Source: Okamejei kenojei (lineage: Eukaryota). Taken from it: 64,000 bases of DNA. Below are positions 50,163 through 62,814 of the stretch, in pieces (positions within the stretch are counted from its first letter, which is position 1; the number at the start of each line of letters is the position of its first letter). A program made the translations under genes and the position numbers. Below the pieces are notes generated by a model. That model ran no database searches. It saw only the letters and a list, made by a program, of their open reading frames with translations, and was not told the DNA's origin. Location: positions 35,030,001 to 35,094,000 of the forward strand of contig CM069148.1 of the NCBI GenBank assembly GCA_035221665.1. Reading direction: 5' to 3'.

Positions 50163-51594
50163 CTAGGCTTTGAACAGGGAATTGCACACTAACCAGGACA
50201 TGGGCATCATGGCTTCACGTGGCCTCTCTCAAGCTTACAGATGTTCCTTGTTAACTTTCTGAAGGGTATCTCCCCCATCAATGGGAGAAAGCGAGGTGAA
50301 GCAAAAGCTCTTTTTAACCCTCTCAGACCATTGCAGATCGGTCTGCCAAAGTGACCTTGGATGATTCCCTACAGAATGAACAATCTTCCTGCATCTAGCC
50401 TGTCCAACCCCTTAAGAATTTTGTAAGTTTCTATAAGATCCCCCCTCAATCTTCTAAATTCTAGCGAGTACAAGCCGGGTCTATCCAGTTTTTCTTCATA
50501 TGAAAGTCCTGCCATCCCTTTTAGCAGTTTTTTAAAAGTTATGCACTTTTAAGAAATTCTTCAGATTAAGAAATTCTTTAGATTAAAACACAAGTAAGCA
50601 AAGTATAAAACAAAGTATATATAAGCAAATATGCTTATTTGAGCAAATATGCTTATATGCTAAATATGAGGCAACATTTCATATTTAAATTACATCAGCT
50701 TTCAGACTAATGTGTAATAGGAACCATAATGATTGGAAAACGGTAATCGAGAGACTCTAGTACGTAAAGTTACAATGGATTTCCAAGTCAGGACTAAAAT
50801 ATCCCCTTGGTCTGGGGTTTGGATCCCGACCCGAAACGTCACCTATCCACGTTCTCCAGAGATGCTGCTGGACTCGCACTTTGTGTCTTTATTTGTTAAC
50901 CAGCATTGGCAATTGCTTGTTTCTACTTTTGAAAATATACTGTAATCCTTTGTATTTGAAAAAAAAACTGTAAAGCAAAGTTTGTTTTTTAAAAATGTGC
51001 AAGGTTGGTATAAATGTCAGCAATACAATAAAATTACTTATCCTATAATGACACAGAAAGTAACATTCAGCCCATTCGGTCCAGATCAGCTTCCAGGCGA
51101 TGGATCCTCCATCCCCAATCCCCTTCTCCTTTTTCCCCGTACCCTAGTACTTATTCTCTCTCAAATCAACAGCCCGTTGACTTTTCTTTTAATTAACCTA
51201 AAGGTAATTTTTTTTTTGTTGCCGGCAGCCTTGCTAATAATGCAAACATTTTATGCAAGTTCCAATTGTTTGGACAAAAATCACTTATTACCGCTTTATA
51301 ACAGTTAAGTTACTTTAAGACTATTTCAGAAATTATGGCAGTCAACAAAAAAATCAACCAACAAATTAAAGCAAACTAAAAAAAAATAACATGTTCCCTT
51401 TCCTGACTACCTCATAAGTACTTTAATGCTTTTAAGAGAGCAAAGGGATATTAATCTCAAGAATCAAAATGGGGAAAGTGAGGGCAATTTTGCTTAAATG
51501 GTAATTCTAAGCCCATTCAGATCTGCATAGAGTCAGTTATACAACATGTACATGGCTGGCCCAATTTGTCCATACTGATTAAGTTGGCATTCTG

Positions 51595-52053
51595 CGAGCC
51601 CTGGGACTGGCTGCCGTTCCCAGGTCAGCCCGCGTTCCAGGGTCTGTCGCAGTTCCCAGGTCGGCTCGCCTGCCCCGACCCCGCGAAAAAGAATGTTTTT
51701 AAAATAAGCGGTTTTTCGGGTTACGGGCCGTGTGCCGGTAGTCTGAACCCTGTCCTAGATGTTTGGTTTCATTGTGGCCTGCGTTCCCCCCCCATGTTTG
51801 ACAACTGCTTCACCTGGTTTTTGTTGCTGGCAGCTGCACATTCGACCAAAGAGAAGAGAAGAGACGCGACGTCACTCACAGCCGTCAACCGACGCGCTTC
51901 CCCAGACCGCACAGATCGCTGGCAGGCGGTGCAAAGGGACCACCTGGCGCAGGGACTGAACTCTGCGCGAGAACTCGGCCACGAGCGTGAGGGCGTGAGA
52001 ATTTGCTCCAAGGAGCGATTCTCACGCTGAAAGCGTGAGAGTTGGCAGCCCTG
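51595..52053. mobile_element. CpG-rich DNA transposon end, hAT-like
   Basis: Ends GTTGGCAGCCCTG (reverse complement CAGGGCTGCCAAC) with GCGTGAG subterminal repeats; partner TIR not found. Confidence 0.5.
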
Positions 52054-54689
52054 CATTAACACTATCCTACACTAGGAATAATTTTTACCTTTATACCAAG
52101 CCAATTAACCTACGAACCTGTACGTCTTTGGAGTGTGGGAGGAAACCAAAATTCTCGGAGAAAACCCACGCAGGTCACGGGAAAATGTACAAACGCCGCA
52201 CCAGCAGCCAGGATGGAACCCGGGTCGCTGATGTTGTAAGCGCTGTACGGCAGCAACTGTACCGCTGCTTCACGGTGCCACACGGCTGCATTATTGTGCC
52301 TTCCTCTTATATCCATGGTTTTATTCAAACGTACATTACTTTTTAAGAAAATTATTTGATACAGGAAACCACGAGGCACTGGTGATTAAACAACCTTAAT
52401 TTTATTTATTTTTCATCAATTCTTCTAATTACTCTAAGGTGAGTAGCCTTACGTAAAGCTTACGGAATTATGGGTGTTTCGACAGTATGAAGTCTTGAGC
52501 AGCAGGATACCCCAAACCTCTGGCAATTATTATATAGAATACAAGTTAAATCAATACATGATGATTGTGTCAACCGAGTGACATACCAGAGTTCATCATC
52601 TGGAGGCTTAAAAATCTTTTCTGCTAATGTGCTGGATTTCACTTGCTTGGCTAAAAGATTCCTTTGTTGAATGAAGATTTATACTGCACTTGCTGACTGT
52701 GTCCCAATGAGTTTCTGCATTGGAGTGCATTGTTGCGGTGGAATGAAGAACCATCGTTGGAATAAAGGACCGGGATTTCTTAAACACTTTCACTGACTTT
52801 CCACAACCCCATTCATTTGTGAGCTGGTACATTGACTGCATCAACCACAGGAACACAGTCCCATTATACTCCTCGATGCTGTGTGTTTTCACTACTTGAA
52901 ATTGTGCAGCTCCTTCTTCATGATTCACCATACTTGGTTTCTTGTTATAAAAAGCAAAGAGAGGTTGTGTAGTGCTGCTGACATGTTAGAAGTGGCAATT
53001 TGTTGGAGATTCCTGTGAGTGGGAAGATACTAGGGTTCAGCATTTCTAACCGTGCCAAGGCTGGAAACCATGACTTCCCACTGCACTTTCCTGAGCTGGA
53101 ATTGTTTGTTAACCCATACTTGTTGTTAACTGTACTCTGATGTAACTGTATCTGCTGAATGCTGGCCATCTTTCAAATACAATTTGGCAGAAGCAGGCTG
53201 GAAACCGAACCAAAGTACTTCAAATGTGCCAGCAAATCTTGGACAGAAATGCCACAAAGAGCCAAAATAAAGACAGGGTTTGTTGTGGATGGCCACTGTT
53301 TAAGCAATTCAAAACAGAATCTGGGTCTTAAACTGGGACGGAGTGAGGCATTGTGTTGGTTGGGTACAAAATTCTAGGCACAAGAAGAAGTTGGCAGTTT
53401 ACGTAAGTGCCCACAAACAAAACTGTGCAAAAATACACTGGGGTAATGAGCGCACATTTGTACCTCCCTAAATTTGGACTCCTTGAATCAGAAAGCATCA
53501 GAAAGATGATTTTATTTATTACTTGTCGGCCATTTTCTAGTTTTTGGTAAACCCCTTTTTTTAAACACTTTGGCGAATTCTACCCATTTAATTCCTGCAA
53601 ATATAAATAGGTGCCTTGAATACATTTGCCTTTAATTTCACATCAGGAAAGTTTCTTTCAGACAAGCCTGCAGAAAAATAAATGTTGTCTTGTCAGAAGT
53701 TGGTGAAAGGAAGTCGAAGATTAACAGTTGATTAACCCGTAGCTACAGAATACCTTCACAAGAGGCAAAGATATAGGAATTACCCTGCTCCCTCATTGTC
53801 CTGGAAAGATGAGTAGATCAGAGACAAAGAACTCTGGGAGGAACAGAATCATTGATGCGATGAACAGCTCTATGTTTCTTTTTACATTTATGTTCATCCA
53901 TCTTCCACCCTAAAGGTAAGGAGCTGTGCAAGTCATTGATTCAATCAGTCTCAGTACGATCTCCCTTATAATGATGTGTTTGGTTCTTGGTTTCCTGGTC
54001 CTCCAAAAATATTCCAAATGGAATTTATACTGAAGGTGGCGGAGGATGGACCTATGCGAAAAAGTGTTCTTGGAGAAAAAGAGCTACCTTAAATTTAGTT
54101 GCATCTGGTTGGGTAACTATGGTAGGGTGAAGACTATTCCATGCTTTAATTGTGTGGGGGAAGAATGAATTGCTGTACACATCTGTCTTGGTAGCTGGTA
54201 TCTCAAATGTTATAGTGATCCCATTTCACTCCTACTATCAGGAAGGTACAGGAGTTTGAAAACTGGGACTAAAGGTTCAACATTAGCTTCTTCCGAAGAA
54301 CCATCAGGCCTTTAAACACTACTCAACGCAGTCAGGGGTCTTGAAGAGAAGGAAGGAGAATGGGGTTAGGAGGGTGTGATAGATCAGCCATGATTGAATG
54401 GTGGAGTAGACTTGAGGGCCAAATGGCCTAATTCTACTCCTATAACTTATGATCTTAATATCTTATGAACTATGAACTATGGACTATGGACTGTCTTTAG
54501 ACATACTAAGGACTGGGACTTTTATACATACTGGGGTTATTAATTTATTGAAATATTGCTTATTATACATTATTTATATGAACTGTGTTTACAGACCTAT
54601 GTGCTGCTGTATGTAAGAATGGCATTGTTCCATTGTCGGTACTTATGGCAATTAAGCACTCTTGACTGACCGATTGAGATTGTTTCGTC

Positions 54690-54982
54690 TGATTTAGATT
54701 AGATGTACAGCGTGGAAACGGGCCCTTTGGCCCACTGAGTCCACGTTGACCAGAGATCCCCTGTACACCAGTTCTATCCCACACACTAGGGGTCATTTAC
54801 AGAAGCCAATTAACCTGCAAACCTTCACATCTTTGAAGATTGTGAGGAAATCGAAGCACCCGGCGAAAACCCACACGGTCACAGGGAGAAAGTACAAACT
54901 CTGTACAGACAGCACCTGTAGTCAGGATCAAACCCAGGTCTCTGGCACGGGAAGGCAGCAATTGTACCCACTGTGTTGCCCT
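54690..54982 (-). mobile_element. V-SINE
   Basis: Antisense head and V-domain. Confidence 0.8.
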
Positions 54983-55110
54983 GGTTAACAGGTTATAGCG
55001 AGCTGTATGGAATAGTAGACACAGGCATAAAATGAGTACATGACTGGTATTGCAGAAGCTTGATATAAATTTACACTTGCCAAAACTTTCTTTAAAACAA
55101 TATTTTGCAG

Positions 55111-55343
55111 GAGAATCTGGTGCAAATATTATTGATGTTGCTAAAGAGGCACGCAAGAGATTTCTGGGCCCTCTGCACCCTTCCTTTAACATGGTGAAGG
55201 TTATCCGTAGCCGGCTTAACAAGGGGCTCCCAGACAACGCACATGAGTTGGCAACTGGTCGCTTGGGCATTTCGTTGACCCGTGTGTCCGACGGAGAGAA
55301 TGTACTGGTGACGGTATTTAACACTAAAGAGGAGCTGGTGCAG
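55111..55343 (+). CDS. PNPLA2: PNPLA2 coding exon 2
   Basis: (G)[26 protein letters not shown]...[29 protein letters not shown]; 233 nt, AG/GT. Confidence 0.96.
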
Positions 55344-55379
55344 GTACATTAAAACTATTTTGTTGTTGTTATTCTTAGT

Positions 55380-55662
55380 CTTAGTTTAGAGGTACAATGC
55401 AGAAACAGGCCCTTCGGCCCACCCTGTTCACCCCGTAGACTAACACTATCCGACACACAGGGACAGCTTACAATTTTACCAAAGCCAATTAACTTACAAA
55501 CCTGTACGTATTTGGAACGTGGGAAGAAACCTGAGCACCCTAAGGAAAACCCCTTTCGAACACAGGGACAGCGTAGAAACGCCGTACAGACAGCACCTGT
55601 GGTCAAGATCGAACCCGGGTCTCTGGCGGGGTAAGGCAGCAACTCTACCGCTGCGCCACCCT
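55380..55662 (-). mobile_element. V-SINE
   Basis: Antisense head and V-domain. Confidence 0.8.
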
Positions 55663-56454
55663 GCCATTCATCTAGAGCATTTAGTTGAACAGCAAAAGTT
55701 CTAATCAATGGGAGTTTCACCTTTGTAAGATCCCATTGATTCACATGAATAATATCCTTTTATTTATATTCGTGGTTTTCATTGATAATTCTGATTCTTT
55801 GGGATAGTTAATCAGGGGCAGTGTTTTCACTGGTTTTGAGTTTAAGTTTGGCCTGAAATTGATCTGTTGTTTTGGCCACTATGTGGAATTATATAATTGT
55901 TTTTCCTTCCTCTTTTTCCAGCACATGAGTCAAACTTGGCTGAATTCCACTCAATAGTAAAATGTAATTTTATTTTACATTGTAATGGTTGGGTTTACAT
56001 AATATGTTCATATGCCAGGAATATGTTGCATTGCTTCATGCAGTAATGTGGGTCTGTAACTTATATATGAGGTAGTTAAAGTTATGGACTCACAGAGATA
56101 TGCAGCAAAGATTAGGCCCTTCGACTCAACTCGTCAATGCTGACCAAGTTGCCTAACCAGGCTACTCCCATGTGGGTGTGCCTGGCACATATCCCTCCAA
56201 ACGTTTCCTATCCATGTACCTTTCTACAGTAGGCAACAGCCATTTTGCAGACAATACAGAAGCCATTTTGCATTGTTCAAAACCCCACAATTGTTAACAA
56301 CTGCACAACAAATTGTTATTCAAGGCAGAAAATCTGTACCAGAACACCTGGAGATCTCTGCTCTCATTCAAAAATTATAATGAAAGAATGTATACATGTG
56401 TTAGTTGCATAAAATTACGCACATACAGGGTATCTGTTATCTGATTATGTACTA

Positions 56455-57580
56455 GGAAACATAGAAACATAGAAAATAGGTGCAGGAGTAGGCCATTCGG
56501 CCCTTCGATCCTGCACCGCCATTCAATATGATCATGGCTGATCATCCGTACCTGAATCCGTACTCAGTATCCCGTACCTGCCTTCTCTCCATTCCCCTTG
56601 ATCCCTTTAGCCACAAGGGCCACATCTAACTCCCTCTTAAATATAGCCAATGAACTGGCCTCAACTACCTTCTGTGGCAGAGAATTCCAGAGATTCACCA
56701 CTCTCTGTGAAAAATGTTTTTCTCATCTCGGTCCTAAAAGATTTCCCCCTTATCCTTAGACTGTGACACCTTGTCCTGGACTTCCCCAACATCTTCCTGA
56801 ATCAAGGCTGTCCAACCCCTTAAGAATTTTGTAAGTTTCTATAAGATCTCCCCTCAATCTTCTAAATTCTAGCGAGTACAAGCCGAGTCTATCCAGTCTT
56901 TCTTCATATGAAAGTCCTGACATCCCAGGAATCAGTCTGGTGAACCTTCTCTGTACTATGTACTATGGCAAGAATGTCTTTACTCAGATTTGGAGACCAA
57001 AACTGTACGCAATACTCCAGGTGTGGTCTCACCAAGACCCTGCACAACTGCAGTAGAACCTCCCTGCTCCTATACTCAAATCCTTTTGCTATGAATGCTA
57101 ACATACAATTCGCTTTCTTCACTGCCTGCTGCACCTGCATGCCTACTTTCAATGACTGGTGTACCATGACACCCAGGTCTTGTTGCATCTCCCCTTTTCC
57201 TAATCAGCCACCATTCAGATAATAGTCTACTTTCATGTTTTTGCCACCAAAGTGGATAACCTCACATTTATCCACATTATATTGCATCTGCCATGCATTT
57301 GCCCACTCACCCAGCCTATCCAAGTTACCTTGCAGCCTCCTAGCATCCTCCTCACAGCTAACACTGCCCCCCAGCTTCGTGTCATCCATAAACTTGGAGA
57401 TGTTGCATTCAATTCCCTCGTCCAAATCATTAATATATATTGTAAATAGCTGGGGTCCCAGCACTGAGCCTTGCGGTACCCCACTAGTTACTGCCTGCCA
57501 TACTGAAAAGGACCCGTTCACTCCTACTCTTTGCTTCCAGTTTGCCAGCCAGTTCTCTATCCACATCAATACTGAACCCC
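56455..57580 (-). mobile_element. CR1 LINE RT fragment with 3' tail
   Basis: WIENWL...SGVPQGSVLGP...SKFMDDTKL...VRPHLEYCVQFW; (ATAGAAAC)n tail. Confidence 0.95.
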
Positions 57581-58464
57581 CAGAATTCGGAAATCAATGA
57601 AGAATTTACATGTAATTCATGGCTGAGATTAACTTAATTTGATTACATAAAAAATAACTACCAGTAACTATTCTGGTGCGCTTGCTATAGATCAGTGTTT
57701 GTTCTTGTTTGATGGGGAAGAGATCAGATCTGAAAATGATATAACAACCTGAAGATGTGGGAAATCTGAAACAAAAGCAGAATATGCTCAAAATCGCAAA
57801 ATGCCAGTCAGGCAGCATCTGTGGGAAGAGAAAGAGAAGTAATGAAGGTTTTTTAAATAGACTATTTCTATTTCCACAGCTGCTGCTCGACCTGTTGAGT
57901 GTTTTTGCTGTGTTTAGTTAAAGTGTAACGTGTATAAAATGCAAGTTTTTAGAGAATGTGCATGAAGCTACATATTTTTGAAAACCTTTTAATGGGATGT
58001 AGCAGTAACTCTTTAAAAATGTATTATGGCCATACTATATGTATGAATGATCCCAATTGAACAAAATTAATGAAGCAAAGACCATTCTATATTCCTCACG
58101 TTTAGTTTAGAGATACAGCACGGAAAACAGGCCCTTCGGACCCCCGAGTCCATGCCGACCATTGATCACCATTCACACTAGTTCTTTGGCTTGTGAATTC
58201 AAAAAGGGGAACATAAAATCAATTGCATAATCCTAAATAGTGGCCAAAATTACAAATCAATTTCAGGCCAAACAATTAGATCTCAAACTCAGTTTTTACT
58301 CCAAAACTTGGTATCTTCAGTGAAATAAAGATTTATGGCCCTTGACTCCCAACTGACAATGATTCCACTTGATCACTTTCCCTCGATTTCCAGCAGAGTG
58401 TAAGAGTTCAGATTAAAGTGGTATCTTTCGCAGCTCATCAAGAAAATATTTTGATTGTTTGCAG

Positions 58465-58530
58465 GCCTGCATTTGCAGCACATTTATCCCTGTGTACTGT
58501 GGACTAATACCACCAACACTGCAAGGAGTG
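58465..58530 (+). CDS. PNPLA2: PNPLA2 coding exon 3 (missed by ORF track)
   Basis: [22 protein letters not shown]; 66 nt, ttgcAG / GTAAGT. Confidence 0.95.
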
Positions 58531-61223
58531 GTAAGTTGAACTGTGACCGGAGAGTAAAATGAATTTTATCTGTAATTTGATTTGAGACAATAAATAATAT
58601 TTGCAACTTCAACCCACGGAAATGCAAACTCGTTGGAGCTTATCAGCCTCTTTTTCCAAATAATGGATTATCCCCACCATATAAAGTTTTATCATTATAA
58701 ATGTCCTCGCCTTGTTTCTTTTGTTTTTCTTTTCCATCTGAAGGCAATTTCTCCTCATGAACGTCTTTATTGTGCATACAAAGGACCTTTCATAAACTCA
58801 CCCATGTGATTGCATAGAGAGTAATTATAAACAAGTTGCAGCAAGCATCTGATCCTGTGAGCCTTCCCTAATTTAGGCATCCCATGACTGATTCAGACAT
58901 TCTGGTTGGGATGGTTAGAGGTTATTAGATTCTTGCAGATCATGACTTACAAACTGATTTTTTTTATGGTTATGAATCCATTTTCAGCTGTATTAAGCTG
59001 TACCACGATGCCTCACATAACATCACAGCATGTTTTTAAAGTCAATTTTATATTTAAAATATCCCTGTTGAGATGCACCAACTTGCAGCAGACTAGGAAT
59101 GGGCCCGGGACTGTGCTTTGTGTATATCGGTCAGCTATGTGGCGTCTTCAGAAAAACCCTTGTAGAGGTATTCATCGATTTTTATGCTCCTGCTTCCATA
59201 CATTCATATATTCAATGTAATTTACCAATAAATTAACAAACCCATTGCAAAAGGTGGTGGAATTTGAGGCTGAATTTAGATTTGCCATAGAACAAGTTTC
59301 CATAATCTTTTCTGTTTGTTCCAAACAAAATTGCAGTCAGCTAGTTCCTGCCCACAAAACTGGCTGCTTTCCAAGTGTCTATTAATCACCATGGTGAGAT
59401 TCTGATAAATGTACTCATTTACTTTTCTTAATGGAGATTTTTAAAATTAAGCTTTTCCATTGGTACAAGGATACCAATGGGCATGTTCTAAATGGTTTGG
59501 GTTTTTTTTGTTTAGCTAAAATAATATGACTATATCCTGAAATACTTAAAAAAAAAATAGGTTATTGGGTTCTTCCCATTTTCAGCTGTATTAAACTGTT
59601 CCACAATGTCACAGTGTTTTTTTAGGTAGATAATTGGATGAGCAATATGCATAAAAACTTGGACATAAACTGATGATAAGGACATTATAATTAGTGCAAA
59701 TATGGAGGCATTTTAAAACCGTCTAACTAATATCTATCATTTATATCTTTAAGATCATAATTTCTCCTTCTCTGGAAAAAAAATAGGGATTCCTTGGACA
59801 ATAGTCACGTGTAATTAATGGGAGGGGCTTCCTATACCTAATGGGACAGATCTCTCAATGACTCTCAGTGAGGCATTGGGAGCTCATAGTTTCTTCTCAT
59901 GTACCACAGTACACATTCCTATAATGGGAGGCTGACATCTCGCCACTCAGCCCTTTCTATTGTAACTAGCTAATTCTACCCCTGAACAATCTGGGAATGT
60001 CAGATCTCAGACAGTTGCCTCCATCCACCAGGTGCTTTGCTCTGGGATACAATGACATACCTATTGCTTTTTGATTTCTAAGCTGGATCCTTGCTCTACA
60101 AGGCTTTCCAACAGCAATAATGGGTGCGAAAAACATATCAGCTTGCCCAGCACTCATTTCTTCCTCTTCCAGAAAGCCAATGTGGAATCTGCAAAGGGGT
60201 AGAACATATACTATTCCGTGTGTTCCTGTGTGGTGTAAAAGAAAGAATGATTACCTACGTCACAGTGCGTGCATGTTCAATCAAACATCCTTTCTGAAAA
60301 CCTATTTGCACCTTATTGAAGTATCTACTAAACTGATGAATAACATACGCAAAATAACCTTGTAAACTTTCAGGGCAACAAGCTAAATATCCATGAGTCA
60401 CATGTAGTAATGATAACAGTCCTGCATAGACTTCTAGGTATTATTTGTTGTGTTTACTTGATAATGTTTGGGTTTATTGCTTGGATTGGCACGGAATTGG
60501 AGATGAACTGCAACGGAATACGAGTATTCTAATCATTAACCAAAGTCCTTGCTGTTACAAAGTTGAAACAACGTATGACCCCTGAGTCATACTTGGGAGT
60601 GAAGCGTCAGTTCAGAGAATCGGACATCAAGTAAACATGGCAATTTTTTTCTCTGCTGCTGCGTCTTTATATTTTCAGGTGACGTGTGTGAAGCCTTCAT
60701 CACATGCCTCAAACTGTTCACTTCTGGTCGTGCACAAGTAATCAAAATACTACTTTAGGGTTTTGCCATTTAAGAGTTTTGGGTTAAGAAGCACCACTAA
60801 GGTAAAGCATCACCACTCTCTCATATTGTACACACAGGAGTTCATGATGACATTGTGGCACCGTCAATGTGGCCACTGCACATTTATGATGCAATGTGCA
60901 TGAAAAAATGAAGCATAAAATGGAGGTTTATTGCTAAATACAAACACTATGGTCATTTACAGACCTTTCTTTGCAGTTCACGTGCAGCAGTCATTAATTT
61001 TGTAAGTCCGATAAGTGCCAAACTTCGTAATGATCCTTATCAGTTGGGCATGAAATTTTCTTTCTGACTCATTTTCAGACATGACAAAATATTGGAGTAT
61101 TTTGGCTTCATCCATATCCTCCTTCTCTGTCGTAAAGATGTATGGAAATTGCCATTCAGATGTCAACCGTACAATGCATTTATGTTCTCCATGGACAAGC
61201 AATAATGCCAAGTTGATTTGTTT

Positions 61224-61437
61224 AAGAAGGAACTGCAGATGCTGGAAAATTGAAGGTGGACAAAAATGCTGGAGAAGCTCAGCGGTGAGGCAGCGTCTAT
61301 GGAACAAAGGAAATAGGCAACGTTTTGGGCCAAAACACTTCTTCAGACTGAAGGACGGTTTCGGCCCGAAACGTTGCCTATTTCCTGTGCTCTATAGATG
61401 CTGCCTCACCCGCTGAGTTTCTCCAGCATTTTCGTCT
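61224..61437. mobile_element. Palindromic Penelope-derived mini-element with 19-bp TSD
   Basis: ATGCCAAGTTGATTTGTTT at 61205-61223 and 61438-61456; inverted arms between them. Confidence 0.8.
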
Positions 61438-61861
61438 ATGCCAAGTTGATTTGTTTCCTTTGCAGACTTCTTGTCCACCTGTATGATTTTTAAAATATTT
61501 TTTCAGAGATACGTTGTAGAAATTTGCCCCACCGGGTTCACACCAACCATCAGTTACCCATTCACACTAGTTCTATGTTATCCCACTTTCACATCCACTC
61601 CCTACACAGTACGGCTAATTTTACAGAGGCCAATTAACCTACAAGCCTGCACATCTTTAGGATGTGGGAGGAAACCAGAGCACCCGGGTGAACCCACGAG
61701 GTCACAGAGGGAACGAGCAAACTGCACACAGATAGCACCCGAGGTCAGGACTGAACTGGCGCTGTGACGCTGTAGCTCTACCAGCTGCGCCAGCATGCTG
61801 CTATAGAACAAATCAGCACAATGAAGGGTCTACAATATTTTTAAATCATAAAGATCTATAG

Positions 61862-62053
61862 TTTAAGAAAGAACTGCAGATTGTGGAAAAATCGAAGGTA
61901 GACAAAAATGCTGGAGAAACTCAGCGGGTGAGGCAGCATCTATGGAGCGAAGGAATAGGTGACGTTTCAAGTCACGACCCTTCTTCAGAAGGGTCTCGAC
62001 CAGAAACGTCACCCTATTCCTTCACCAGCTGATTTTCTCCACCAATTTTGTCT
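61862..62053. mobile_element. Palindromic Penelope-derived mini-element with ~14-bp TSD
   Basis: ATAAAGATCT(A/G)TAG at 61848-61861 and 62054-62067. Confidence 0.75.
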
Positions 62054-62074
62054 ATAAAGATCTGTAGGATCAGT

Positions 62075-62335
62075 AAAGACCCGGGTTCGATCCTGACTAC
62101 GGATGCTGTCTGCACGGAGTTTGAACGTTCGCCCTGTGACCGTGTGGGTTTTCTCCGGGTGCTCCAGTTTCCTCCCACACTCCAAAGACGCGCAGGTTTG
62201 TCAGTTAATTGGCTTCTGTAAAATTGTCCATGGTATGTAGGGTAGTGCTAGTGTGGGGCGATTGCTGGTCGACGCAGACTCGGTCAGTCCAAGGGCCCGT
62301 TTCCACGCTGTATCTCTAAAGTCTAAAGTCTAAAA
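62075..62335 (+). mobile_element. V-SINE (5'-truncated)
   Basis: B-box GGTTCGATCC, V-domain, (CTAAAGT)n tail. Confidence 0.8.
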
Positions 62336-62604
62336 TCATGGCTGAACCAATCCCTTGATTCTCCAAAGAGGTCTATTACTCTTGAAGATATTGTTCTGGA
62401 ACAGACAGTGATCAGGAACGAGACCAATTGCAGCTTGATCTCTATTCCTTGCTATGAGCCCTAATTCCTAAACTTTATATGGAATGTAGTTGGATTAAAA
62501 TAATACATCTGCTTTCTTTTGATCAGCTGATGATTGGCTGAATGTATTAACGTAATGGAAGATGGCCTCTTAAACCATCATTTTATTTTTGTTTGTATTC
62601 TCAG

Positions 62605-62814
62605 CGATACGTCGATGGAGGAATTACAGATAATTTACCTCTGTATAAACTCAAGAACACAATTACTGTGTCTCCCTTTGCTGGAGAAAGTGACATCTGT
62701 CCTCGGGATTGCTCCAGCAACATGCATGAGTTAAGAATAACGAATACCAGCATCCAGTTCAACCTGCAGAACATGTACCGCCTTTCCAAGGCCTTATTTC
62801 CTCCTGACCAAGCG
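62605..62814 (+). CDS. PNPLA2: PNPLA2 coding exon 4
   Basis: [14 protein letters not shown]...[15 protein letters not shown]...[10 protein letters not shown] with catalytic DGG; 210 nt, AG / GTAAGC. Confidence 0.96.

Noticed and set aside
50550-50670. Nested short duplications (ttaagaaattctt.ag x2; agcaaatatgctta x2)
   Set aside because: AT-rich slippage next to a CR1 fragment; no sign of function.
56904-57569. Reverse-transcriptase ORFs as an active element
   Set aside because: 5'-truncated and frameshifted CR1 fragment; no full ORF2 in the window.
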